Source: Atractiella rhizophila
Taxonomy: Eukaryota
Reading direction: 5' to 3'
Assembly: GCA_021432655.1 (NCBI GenBank)
Contig: MU271293.1
Coordinates: 1-64,000, forward strand
Length of the DNA: 64,000 nt
Below, one piece after another: positions 26,083 through 43,516 of this stretch (its first letter is position 1; every line of letters begins with the position of its first letter). The position numbers and the translations under genes were made by a program. The notes beneath the pieces were generated by a model. That model was not told where the DNA came from. It ran no database searches and saw only the letters and a program-made list of their open reading frames with translations.

Positions 26083-27591
26083 CTAAGCGCCTCTATCCAC
26101 CCTCCGATTGATACCTCCAATGAGAGTCTATTCCCAATAAAATCACATCAAAACTCGAAAGTGTTTTGGACAATTGAAGACAGACCTTGATAATGAAGTC
26201 TCCAGTAATATGTCCAGGATACATAGTACAATCAACCATGTCCCTCTTGAGTCCGTGAGTCTGTTTCAACTCATCATCAAGGCTTCTCAAGAACTCAGTC
26301 GCTTCTGGATCGTTGCCGATTTGCACAAACTGTTCAAACCAATATACGTCAGCAACAATAGAAAGAAAATGCGTCAGGATGAGGTGCGAGAAGGGAGCGA
26401 GGCAAGGTGCAAGGTGAAGGTGAGACACGTAGGGTGACATACTTGAATGCCAAGCTGTGTGAGTGGGGCGTGGATGAGGTCTAGTCGCTCTGCAAAGCCA
26501 GCCAGTGCGTAGTTGAGAGTATCAGGGTCGTCTGCTGCTCCATCTTCATTCCCAAATCAACGTACGTCACAAAAAGTAGGAGGGTAACAGGTGGGAAACA
26601 CAAACCGGTGATGATTATCAGATTGAGGTTCTTGACGGGATGTCCTCCTGTCTTCTTGGCGTACTCCACCGCATCTACGTAAGGTCCGAGGATCTCCTCG
26701 ACTTTCACCTCTGTCGCTGTTTCCCCCACCCAAGCAGAAGCAATGTGGATGATGAGCCAAGAGACGTGGATTCGAGTAAAAGAGGGTAGCCACTAACGCG
26801 TTGATGCACCGATTGGACGGACTTGAGAGAAGAGTTGAGAGACGGCTTGGTGTGAGCGAACGGATTGGAGGTTCATGGGTGAATTTAAAAAGTAGAGGTC
26901 GATCCCATCGTCCTACGAAAGACATACATGAATACTCGACAGTGAAATCGTTAATGCACTGAAAGAAGAGAGATGGCGAACATCTGCACACCATGCGTGA
27001 ATAATAAGCACTCGTTTTGGGTATGGATGGAAGAGACTTACCGTATTGAATGACTTTAGCTACTACACCATCTATCGCTTGTCTAACTTCCTGCTTCTCT
27101 CTCAGTCAGACCTCTCACTCCATCCCCAAATTAGAACTGGAGATCGACGCACGTCCCAATAAGGATCCATGCTGGCAGAATCATCGACAAGGATAACGGT
27201 GTCATATCGCTTCACTATCCCACACAACATCCGTAGAAAACAATGCATCAAACTAACGCTCCACACCCACATGCAGTTCCAAGAGCAAAAACGCACGCGT
27301 AGCCAACTGATCCTCTCCCAATCTACTCGCTCCCCTCTGCACACTCGCACCCTGTGGAGGAGGTCCACCAGCAGCAACAGGGGGAGGATAAGCCTGTGAT
27401 CCCTGAGGCGGATACTGCTGACTACCAGCTGGCGGATATGCGCCCCCTGCGCTCGTCGGAGACTGAGGATAGGGGGTATTATGCTGCATGGTATAAGCGG
27501 GCGGGGGAGGGCCAGAGCGAGAATCGAAGGAGTCTTCGACGGCTGGACGACGCATCGACATCTTGGGATTGTTAGAGTCAGATTTGGACAT
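26083..27591 (-). CDS. Fungal vWA-domain protein with Pro/Tyr-rich N-terminus
   Basis: YDTVILVDDSASM (MIDAS), DGIDLYFLN, LIIITDG, FVQIGND...LDDEL...RDMVDC, ends TLIGGINRRVDRGA*; start ATG tentative. Confidence 0.85.
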
Positions 27592-27817
27592 GGACTTGGT
27601 CGTCTTTTCTTGTCCGCTGGGCTGGAAGATCTTCGATGGCGGGATCCGTGTGGCGAAGATTGGAACCGAGCCAAAAGTGGACAATGACGCACTGCGTCGT
27701 CCTGCGCCATCCCACGCGGTTCCCCAAACTTACGTCATACCATCCATATAAGAGTGTCCATTTCAGCAGCTCTCCCACACCAACAGCTATTACTATCAAA
27801 GCAACTATTTCGCCAAA

Positions 27818-28576
27818 ATGTCATCTACTAAGCTATACGGCGTACCTACCTCGTCCGACTCTTCCCTCGCCAAAGCAGTCGAAAACGCCAACCTCCCTCC
27901 CGATCACAACTCTGCAAACTTGTTCACTTTCTCCCTGTCCGCATGGCTCGCCATACTCTCTCTTCCTATGCTACTCTTTCCCAGGTTCCTCGCACTCGCA
28001 CTCGGAGGAAGCAACCTTTTAACGAGCGAAATCAACGTTGGAGGGGATAAGGAAGGGAAGGAGGCAGGCAAAACCGCAAGCTTCATTCGCGAACTAAACG
28101 GTACGTTCAACAACTTGTCCTAAAGACCAATAACTAATATGTTCCACTTTGAAGACCTAGAAAAGTTCTTCGCGGCCCTGACAGGCTTTGCCTTCCTCTC
28201 ACTCTCCCTCCTCCTCGTCCTCCAAACCGGCGCCGTGCCCGTGACATCATCCATGTCCCGTCCCTCAGACTCCGAGCACGCGAAGCACCTCCGCACTCCA
28301 ACCGTCACTGTCCTCACCCTATTCCTCGGTGCCATCAGCTGGCTAAGCTGGAGAGAGGATATGAAGGTCTTTGGCGGCATCAATGGAGCTTTCGCCTTTT
28401 GGGCCTTCTGGGTCGTCCTGTTCTCGAATGAGAAGAGGAAGAGGAGGGTCGAGGGTGGAAAGGACGATAAACTCAGCAGCTTCCCTTTCAAGAATAAGGT
28501 ATGCCGTTTCTCTCTCGTTCGACTGTAATGAGGGTTCATGTGTTTGTAGGTGGCGCATGCGAGGAAGGAGCAGTGA
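27818..28576 (+). CDS. Conserved fungal membrane protein of unknown function (about 4 TM)
   Basis: Three exons; hydrophobic segments, LLFPRF and C-terminal SSFPFKNK|VAHARKEQ*. Confidence 0.7.
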
Positions 28577-28858
28577 ATTTGGTCAGAAAACGAAAATGGA
28601 CTGTGAATAAGCTGAATTTGTGTATATTGATTGAATTTGCTGAAGAATCAGTCATATTTCGACCTTTCGTCAAAATAACCTGTTACATCGACGTCAAGTC
28701 CCATCACGCTTCCATGTTTTGTACTTTGAAAGGCAGACGATGCGCCGGGAAAGATGCTAGATTCAATCTGGAAACTCTTGTACCTACATGTGCCAACCAT
28801 CGCGTCTTCTCGTCTTCTAGGGCAGCACGCCGTGAATTGACCGAACTCGACACGCCAT

Positions 28859-28885
28859 GACTCCCCCAACAACTTCTTTATAAAA
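28859..28885 (+). promoter_or_regulatory. Putative core promoter: GACTCCCC motif + TATAAAA ~50 nt upstream of arrestin-like ATG
   Basis: TATAAAA at 28879-28885; GACTCCCC at 28859-28866 recurs upstream of the paralogue (48944-48951, minus strand). Confidence 0.4.
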
Positions 28886-28933
28886 GGCAGCCCTTTCTTC
28901 ACACTGTTCAGCGTTCAGCAAAAGTTTCGCACA

Positions 28934-30331
28934 ATGCTTTCCCTCTGGTCATCTCCAAGGCTGTCGCTGTCTTTGTTGGGACAAAAGCAGAGACAAGACC
29001 AATAATGTATCATCCAAGCTTCTCCATCATCCGCAGGTGAAGAGTGCCTTCTAAGGGGAACTTTGACCCTGCAAATACCTCGAAGCAGTAGGAGCGTGAG
29101 AGTAGATGCTTCGGAGGTGAAGATACAAAATGTGGCTGAGGTGTTGTGGCCAGACAGAGCGTGGGAGAAGAGAGTACTCTACGACCGAACGGTCACGACA
29201 ATAACGAGAGAAGGAAGTGTTGGAGGAGGAGAAAAGATTTGGGAGTTCCTTATTGCTCTACCCAGTACGGTAGCCACTTCTGAGGAGGGGAAATGGGGAC
29301 GGGTACGACTTGAAGTGTGTTGCTTCTTCTTTCTTGTCAAGGCTATAGCTGAAGACAATTCTTTGATGGGAAAAGATCACAGGCTCGGTATCCTATCAGA
29401 CACCTCTGGGAGTCACTCGCATCGAAAGCACCCTGCCCATCTTCGCAGTGCTCAATCCATATGGCAACGAAGATCCTCGTAGCACCTCGTTGGCAGTTCA
29501 CGACCACACCCCAGACCTCGGAGTGCGCAATTGTTCCTGCTCTTCTTTCGAAAGAGCTTACCATTGGAGGACAGGTGTTTGATGTAAACTATTCTTGTCG
29601 GCTTCTCACAGTCGGCTCTCCTCTCCTCGTCACGTTCTCACTTCCTCACCTTCCGTCCTCCCGCACCGTGCGCATTCAACGCTTGGAAGTTGGAGTCGTG
29701 CAACAGACGACACTGTGTACGAAAGAAGGCAAAGAATCGAAGATGAAGGAGGAAAGGCTCGTACTGTTGGAGATGAACCGGTCTTCGGCTCCTTCCACCG
29801 CGCCTGGTTTTGGGAATGAAAGGATGTTGAAGCTTCGGACGGCGGATGAAGGAGGTGGAAGCGAAGCTTACATTGCGCAGATCGGAGAGGGGGAGCATTG
29901 GAACCATTCTTCGGTCTTTAGGTACATATCCTAATTTTCATGCTCTCTCTCAACACAACAGTTGATCGCAAACCAGGCTTCCAGATCACCACGCCTTATC
30001 TCCATCAACACATCAAACTTCAAGCACACCAATTCGCCACTCTCACTCTCTCGAACTAACGCTCACTTATTCCCTCGCCGCTTGTCCAGAATCTTGGGGT
30101 CAATGGAAGACGCGCCGTCTTGTGAATCGAAAGGAGGTCTTCATCGCTTCCTGCCGGTTGAGAGAAGAAGATGTGAGCTTACCTGCTTACGACAGCATCC
30201 TGCCTGCTAGTGAATGTGGTCGTAGATGGAATGTGGGGTGTGTTTGTGAGATGAAGGCTGAGGAGTGGGATAGTTCGAACATGGACCATGGGATGGAAGG
30301 TGTGGACAGACCCAAGTGGGAGGTTATGTAA
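28934..30331 (+). CDS. Arrestin-fold (alpha-arrestin-like) protein, subfamily A, with in-frame TAA at codon 24
   Basis: Four exons splice cleanly; LLRGTL, NVAEV, WEFLIALP..GKWGRVR, LTVGS, PST...TPIRHSH, LPAY, CVC, RPKWE. Only lesion found: TAA at 29003-29005. Confidence 0.75.
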
Positions 30332-30763
30332 TCTGTTCTGTACGAAATATTGGAGCCCCATTGCCTTGTTGAAATAAACGCGTTAGCTGTGACATTACCG
30401 TTCACTGATTCCAAGTTTGCCTGCTCGAGAAGGGAAGGAACATGTGCTGAACTGAAGGTCTTCGACGAAAGGAATTATAGAAGCAGAGGCAAAGAACGAT
30501 GCATTCCACATTGACCCAAGGCAAAAGGAGACTTATTTGGAGAGACGGAAGTCTTGCGACCGTACAATACGTACTGGAAAGTCATATATACAAAGAATTC
30601 TGTATATACGTTCAAACTTGGCCGGTAAAGAGTCCGTTCTAGCTATTTGAACCGCGAAACTGACTGTGCTAGTCCATCGCTTCAGACTTTGTGACAAAAG
30701 AATGAAGGGTATAAAGAGTGTGAGTAACCAAGATGATCGGATGTTGTTCTCAGAAGCAAATGT

Positions 30764-36815
<6,052 letters not shown>

Positions 36816-39574
36816 TTTGATGCCTGATCAAAATGGGGAATGGTGTGTTTGGTTGTACTGAAGGAGAGTGATGGTCGAAGTGGAATTCGAGTAGAATATA
36901 CTGTCAAGCTGACTGGTGGAAAGAGGGAGTGGAATTGGGGTGGTGTGTATAATAAGAAGTACGAAAATGGATGCTATGATTGACGATCCTGAGGTCGTTG
37001 CTGAATCTGAAACAGTTGTCTTGTCAATGACCACACAGGTCTTGGCACAGGCTTGGCATATGCCTTTGTCCTCAAAAACCGGACTAAACCTGGGACCACC
37101 CGAATTACCCGGGGAAACAACAGGCACACGGCAGACGACCGGATATGAACCTAATCTGGTATTCATCGGCATAAGCTAAAACAGCGGCGGCGGAGAGGAC
37201 AAGATGACCGGGAACGTCCGGAGTGGATGTACGATACGAGGCGATCGAGAGGACGGGATTGAGTTCCGTCGCTCGTAAAAGGAGCGACCGACGTTCAAGT
37301 TGCCTCCTCTTTCCTTGTCACTCTCGGAACACCTTACGCCACCTGTCTCTCTCACTTCTACTTCCCCTTTCACCTTTCCTTCATCAATCCTAATCCAAGG
37401 TGAGCTCATTCTTTCTCGTTCGTTCTCTCAGTGCTTCTTCGCCTTGGATTGTCTATTCCGTGCCGAAATATCTTTCCTTAACTTTCTTTCCTTCTTCCAC
37501 GTCGAGTTCGAGTTCAGAGAGCCTACTCGAACAGATGAAGCACCTGTGCCGGGAAGGTCACCTCCGCCTCTCGGAGTGGTGGCCGTAAGACGTCGCTTCA
37601 GTGTTACTAGTGTTACTCCTTCCGATCGTCATTCAATATTCAGGAGTAATTTCAAGTTTCAATCTTGCCCGCGATGCATTGAAGCTGATGCTCTTCTCGA
37701 TGCTCTTGATCGGCGGGAGGAGAAGGCGGAGGAACCCGTTCGGAATGGAAGGAGAGACGTTGCTACCTCCAAGGAGAAGTTTTTCTCCTTCTTCTTCTCA
37801 GGTTTCAGTAAATTTCAGTCCCGGTTTCGGATTCGGATTCTCCTTCAATTCCAATTGATTTCTGATTTCTCCATTCCTTGCATTCTTAATTCAGTCTATG
37901 TATTCTCTTCGCCTTCATTCAAGCACTCAAGGATTCTCGTTCAATTCGAGTTTCTCATTCGAGACTTCACAGCTTCACCTGAGACTTGGAATTAGGTCTC
38001 GAGCTGCTGTTGGGTCGGGAGCGGATTGAGTCACGAGAAGGGAGAGATTGATTCGGAAAGGGATCTCCATTTGACCCACTCTTCATTCACTCCGTCACCG
38101 AATCTGCTGCGAATGCGTTCTGGGAGAACGGAATGTTTCCGGCTGTGCTCCATCTCGTCATCCCCTCATCTCTTCATCCATCTCATCCAGACCGATCGTC
38201 TGCCGTGTACCGACCGAGAAAGAAGGAGCAGATGACGGCCCGCTTTTCCTTTCACCTTTCACACCTTTCACGTTCTTTCTCTTTCCCTCTCCCGCTCACA
38301 GTTCTTAGTTCTATTTCGAGATTATTTCATTCGATTGAGGTCCTTTTCGTTACCTCCGTCACGCGTTCTCTCTCTTCACAGGACTTTCCAGCTGTGCGTT
38401 CTGTTCCCCCACAGCACACCTAGAATCCTGCCGAGACTTGAAATGTTCCCGAGGAGGAAAGCAATTGGTGTTTGGATGGATGGATCGATAGATTTTTTTA
38501 CGGCCGCGTTGTTCGCTTTACCCCATTACCCCAGAATTTGGCCAGCGGAGGTCCAACAATTATTTTGCAACGCCGGCGTAAAACCGTCTCTTCCGAATGG
38601 AAATCCAAGCCCAACGGGTAATTCGCACTTCCCGGTAATTCGCACTTCCCGAGGCCCTCAATCTCTCTGCTCTTTTGATTTTGATAGGCGAAAAGAGAAA
38701 GAGGAGTTTGAAAATGAGATGCCGAGCAGCAGAAGGTTGAAGTGGAGGACAACTGCTTAGAGACAGACAAGGACAAGTCTGGACAAGGGTGTGACCGTCC
38801 CCACGATGAAATGAGATGGATGAGCTGAAAGCGGAGTATTGCTGCTTTCAGCCTGTCAAGTCGGTTGGTCAAAGTCGGTGGCGGTCTTGTCGTGAGCCAC
38901 AAATTGGTTTTATGGCTCATTTGTGAGCGTGGAAGACGTCCCTCTGTGGTCCTTCCGATTGATTGGTCTCCTCCGATCCGATGCGAGTGAGGATGACGAT
39001 CATGAGCAGGTGAGGCGGTGACGCTTCAACCGGATGGAAGAGAAGGTTTCCCAGTTTTGGCATTGGCTTTGGCACGTAAACTCGGGCGAACAATTCGAGT
39101 GCCGATATGCACTCTAACTTTGGCGTTGCCCCCGCCCCCGTCCACTTTGCAGATTCTTGACACTTGACACATTCCTTCGTGGGGCTTCTGCCGCAGAATT
39201 CCAGTGATCCACTGATCATGAGCTTACTGTGATCGCGCGGAACTCGAGACCGAACTTAGCCACCCTTTAAGAGCAAGGTGTCCTCCTCTCCGTCTTTCCT
39301 TTTCTCTCCGCTTCCTCTTCCTTGGTTTGCTTTAGGAGCTGCCTGATCTTGGCTTTGGTTCATGATTTCCCTTTTCGTACGTGACACCGTCCGCTCCTTC
39401 CGTAGCGCATATTTCCTATCCCACCTTCAATCACACCAGTAGCTTAATAGTCTCAGTAGCCTGATCCTGGCGTGTCGTAGGATTAAACGGTTGGTTACCA
39501 AGAAGGGACCACAGATCCATCCATCCGTCAATCCTACAATTCCTCCATCGTCCACTTGAGCAAGTCAAGCAACC

Positions 39575-42500
39575 ATGCCCGCACCGAGCGCCTGTCTGGC
39601 TTGTCGAAGCGTGAGCGTCTCCTTTCTCTCCTCCCCGGACTCAGGATCTGATCGGTGACGGATAACGACGACATACAGCAAAAAAAGAAATGCATCCTCG
39701 ATAACGGTATCCCCTGCAAATCCTGCCTCGACGGAGGAAAGGAATGTATCGTCCCGGCTTCAAAGCCTTCGAGTTGTCAATTCTGTAAAATGGTGAGTAC
39801 GAGAACATGGTTTCCCGCCCCCTTTCTGTCTCCAACCCAAAATAACCTCCTCCCGGCTAATACTACCCCACTCTACCGTGGTATGGTTAGTATGTGCGCG
39901 GGTAAGGGCGGTAGTCAAGAGCTCGGTTTCGCTGACTTTGAACTTTTTGCTTCGGTTTTGGGTTGGGTTCCGGATTGGATTGTATTTATTTAGCAAAAGA
40001 CCAAGTGCGAAAAGGCGGAAAATGAAAGCTCCTGCATGATGTGTCAGGCGCATGGGAAGGAATGCGTTCCCGCCTCCCTATATAAACGCCATAATCACAA
40101 ACGCGGTCAGTCCTTCCTCCCTCCCCCCTTCCACCCTTAGCCCATCCCCGTCCTGACAACCAAAACCCGTCGGGTTCGACCTTGTATTGCTATATCAGAT
40201 CCCCTCCCTAATCCTAATCCTTCTCTCTCGACGACCATCGAAACCGGTTCCCCTGACCATAACAACCTCTACATGTCATCGTCCTCGACTTCCGTTCAGC
40301 ACCAGCAAGGATCTCCCGTCCCGAATAACAGTTATCCTCCTCACCTTGCGCAATTCCAACTCGCAAGTCCTTACCCCCCACCAGCGTCAGCATCAGCACC
40401 AGCGTCCGCGAGAGCTCCGCCAGTTGGAGGATTGAGGGAGGAGTCTTACGAAGAGGACCAGCTAGCGGGGGACCAATCAGGGGACGTTGAAATGCGAGGA
40501 GGAGCAGGCGACACGATATCGAGGAGGCACGATATCAATATCAATCTGAGCTCAGTGGCGGGTGCTGGCGCAAGTGGGAGCGGGAATGGGGAGGCAGCAG
40601 CACAGTATGGAGGCGGACACGGACAGGCAGGGTCAGGGGAGGGTGGGAGGAAGTTCACGGACCTGTTGGCGCTCTCGAGGTCGGCCGCTTCTGGACTGGA
40701 TGGGTTTGGGATGGACCCTTTGGATAGGTCGTCGAATGCGCTTTTGGATCCGAATGCGGAGGAAGGGAAGGATAAACGTAGGAAGAGGAGAGGCACTTCC
40801 TGTGTCGCTTGTAGAGCTGTGAGTCTCATCCTCGTCCCATACTTGCAGGCTCGCAGTGCTGACAATTCAATTTTTTTTGGTTTGGGATAGCAAAAACGAA
40901 AATGTATATCGGAGAATGGATTGCCTTGTAAGGCTTGTGCCGATCGTGGAAAGGAATGCGTCTATCCTCCTCCTGGGAGCACAGCTTCATGCCTCCAATG
41001 TCGTCAGGTTGGTTCTTAATGTCCTTCCTCCAGATCATGCCTAGATGACGACGGTTTTCATTGCAGATGAAGATTCGATGTCAGAAGAAAGACATGGACG
41101 GCTCCTGCTCAAACTGTACGCTGAACCATTGGCAGTGCGAGCCGTGGAACAGGAAGGCTGTGGCAGGGACGAGTGAGTGGTTTGTCCATCTGTTTAGCGC
41201 GGCCAATGTGAATGATATAGTTGAGCAGACGAAGACGCAACAATGAACAGCGCCGACGAGGAGCTCGCCTTCTCTGACAATGCCCCAGAAGGCTCAATCG
41301 TCGGAAACGCCGCTTCCTCTCCTCATCCGTCGGCTCCAAATCTCAATCACAATCAGAATCAACAGTCGGATATTCCTGTACAAATTCAGGGTCTCGTCCC
41401 TCATTCTAACTCACTTCTCGACCCCATCCTACAACCCCCTCCGGCCTCTAACCTGCCACCTCCCACCTCCCAATCTGTAAATCAAAACCCATCAAGCGTT
41501 CCAGTGGTGAAAGCCGAGCGAACCTCAGAAACCATGTCTGAATCCTCCATCTCTCCCGGCGGCGCTCCATCCCATCTATCTCAAGAAGGTCGTCCACCGT
41601 CATCACATTCCGAACCTCAAACCAGTTCAACCTACCAACCTCTAAGTTCTTCCCTTCCCACTTCGTCATCTTTGCCGGAGAGGGAAGCGACGAACTCAGC
41701 AGACAATCTGGGGTCGAATCCGGGGAAGAAGAAATCGAGGAAGAGCAGGGCGTCCGAGTTGAATGGGAATTCGGCCAGCAAAGCTTCCAAACCTCGTCCA
41801 AGACCCATAGCGCCTCTCCCGAATCGCGCATCTCCAACCGTCCCTGGTACGACGCCTACCCTGGCAACCGTTCCCCTCTCGTCAGCGACCGCCCCAACTC
41901 AAAACTTCAACGGCAATTTCGTCGTTGGCTCAATGCTCCCCCCACCTTTCCTAGGCTCCGCGTCGATGACGAACCCCGCAATGAACGTTTCCGGACCGGT
42001 TCAGGGCGGAAAGACCATGCTCCCCATCTCGAGCTACTACAGAGATCAACCACCGACCCCTTCTTCGACTACTTTCTCCCCATCTGCCTCTGCTTCCCTT
42101 CCTCCCACAGGTACATCCATCACCCTACCTGCCGCTCCTCTCCCCGCAATGACTATGTCTGCGCCTGCTTCAGATGCTGCCCCTCTACAAGTCTCCCAAT
42201 CCCAAGCTCCCCTCCCTACCCCTCTCGCTCCAGGAGCCAATACTATCGACGACCGCCTTGCTGCACCGATGAAACCAGTGATGGCTGTCCCAACTGACGT
42301 TCTAGCTGTCAAGGTTAGTAAACATTTCGATCTGCAGTAAAAAGCTGAAGCTGATCAATCGACCAATGGGAACAGGACGCCGTCTTCCTCTTCTTCAATC
42401 TACCCGGGGTGAAGAAGAACCAGATAGACCTGCGACTGGAAAAGGATCAGTTGGTCGTCTCGGGAGATTTCTCCGCCCCTTCTGAGTACTCTTTCCTCCC

Positions 42501-42738
42501 CCGAGCCTTCTTCGATCGGACCAGACCGCAGCCTCTCCCCGTAAATTTCGCCGTGCCCTCGAACCCGATGAGCGTCGCGGAACTGAATTGGCTCGGGAGA
42601 GCGTTTGGGAGGTTCGAACAGGTCGTTAAGCTAGAGCATGGTGCAAGTTATAGGTGTGAAGAGGCTAAGTTTGAGGATGGTGTTTTGAGGGTCAGGTTGA
42701 AGAGGATGGATGATACCAACAAGATTCGCATTGAGTGA
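39575..42738 (+). CDS. Protein with four Zn(II)2Cys6 binuclear clusters and a C-terminal Hsp20/alpha-crystallin-like domain (~850 aa)
   Basis: Exons 39575-39610, 39679-39792, 39994-40105, 40199-40818, 40891-41007, 41067-41172, 41229-42313, 42376-42738 (all GT-AG; 2553 nt, frame continuous). Four CX2CX6CX7-8CX2CX6C motifs; C-terminus FNLPGVKKNQIDL..LVVSG..FGRFEQVVKL..AKFEDGVLRVRL..KIRIE. Confidence 0.85.
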
Positions 42739-43516
42739 GGCAAACTCTCAAGATTTAATGACTGCAAAACGACGAATTCTCATTCACAGAGGTTTCTCAG
42801 TAACTTTTACACTATTTTCAGTATTTTTTTTTGGTAAAGAGCTTCTAAAGACTGAATTTTGTTCGATTCCATATGATAGTCTTTCGGTCAGTCGAGTACA
42901 GAGTCGAGCAGTGTTGTAGAAACAATGTTGGTGAAATGTATTTTCTCATCCGCCTCCACTCTTCCCTATCTCAAAACTGATAAGGTATTTGAAATTGCGC
43001 CGATCAAGTCGATCACCTCGTGGCGTGGTTCACTGCAATGTGTAGATGTGTCAACTTCAGGAATTCAGAATTCAGGGGCAAGAAAACGACGAGGTCGTGT
43101 GGGACTTGCAACCCTTGCAATCCTCGAAACTGCAGCGCTCAGAGGAGAACGGAGAACGGAAGTCAAGAACCTTCCAGGACTTTCAAGCCGTCCCTGCTGC
43201 CGAAACTTGTGACCTTTGCCATCCCGTGAGAGATTGATTTCAGCAACGGCCGGCAGTTCTGAGTCGAATTTTTATTCCAGTCAGCTCGAATCAACTCGAA
43301 TCCCAACGAAGGACGACGACAGTGCGGTGGAGACAACGGGAGATCGCAGGGTTCGATACAGAGCACATCTTGCCCCTTCGGAGCGGGCAATAAGAGCTAT
43401 TCCTGGCTCAGCATTGCGTGAGCTCGTGTTTTGCTTACGAGGGGTATATAATGCTTACACCAACGCAGCTGACTTGCCCAAGCGCATGCTGTTTATTCTT
43501 TCCTCAACTCACAACC

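Noticed and set aside
29003..29040. TAATG stop-start overlap as a reinitiation mechanism for the arrestin gene
   Set aside because: That ATG is in another frame and closes after 11 codons; the paralogue has no equivalent.
28980..29040. Ire1/HAC1-type non-spliceosomal intron removing the stop
   Set aside because: CNG-CNG-like words exist but are not placed equivalently in the two paralogues, and no twin stem-loops were evident. Kept only as a remote option.
24385..30331. Functional clustering of Rheb with arrestin adaptors (TSC-Rheb-arrestin transporter control as in S. pombe)
   Set aside because: Unrelated genes intervene; proximity alone is not evidence in a eukaryotic genome.
37300..37995. 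231-aa Phe/Ser-rich ORF
   Set aside because: Non-ATG start, no domain, and explained by pyrimidine-rich intergenic composition.
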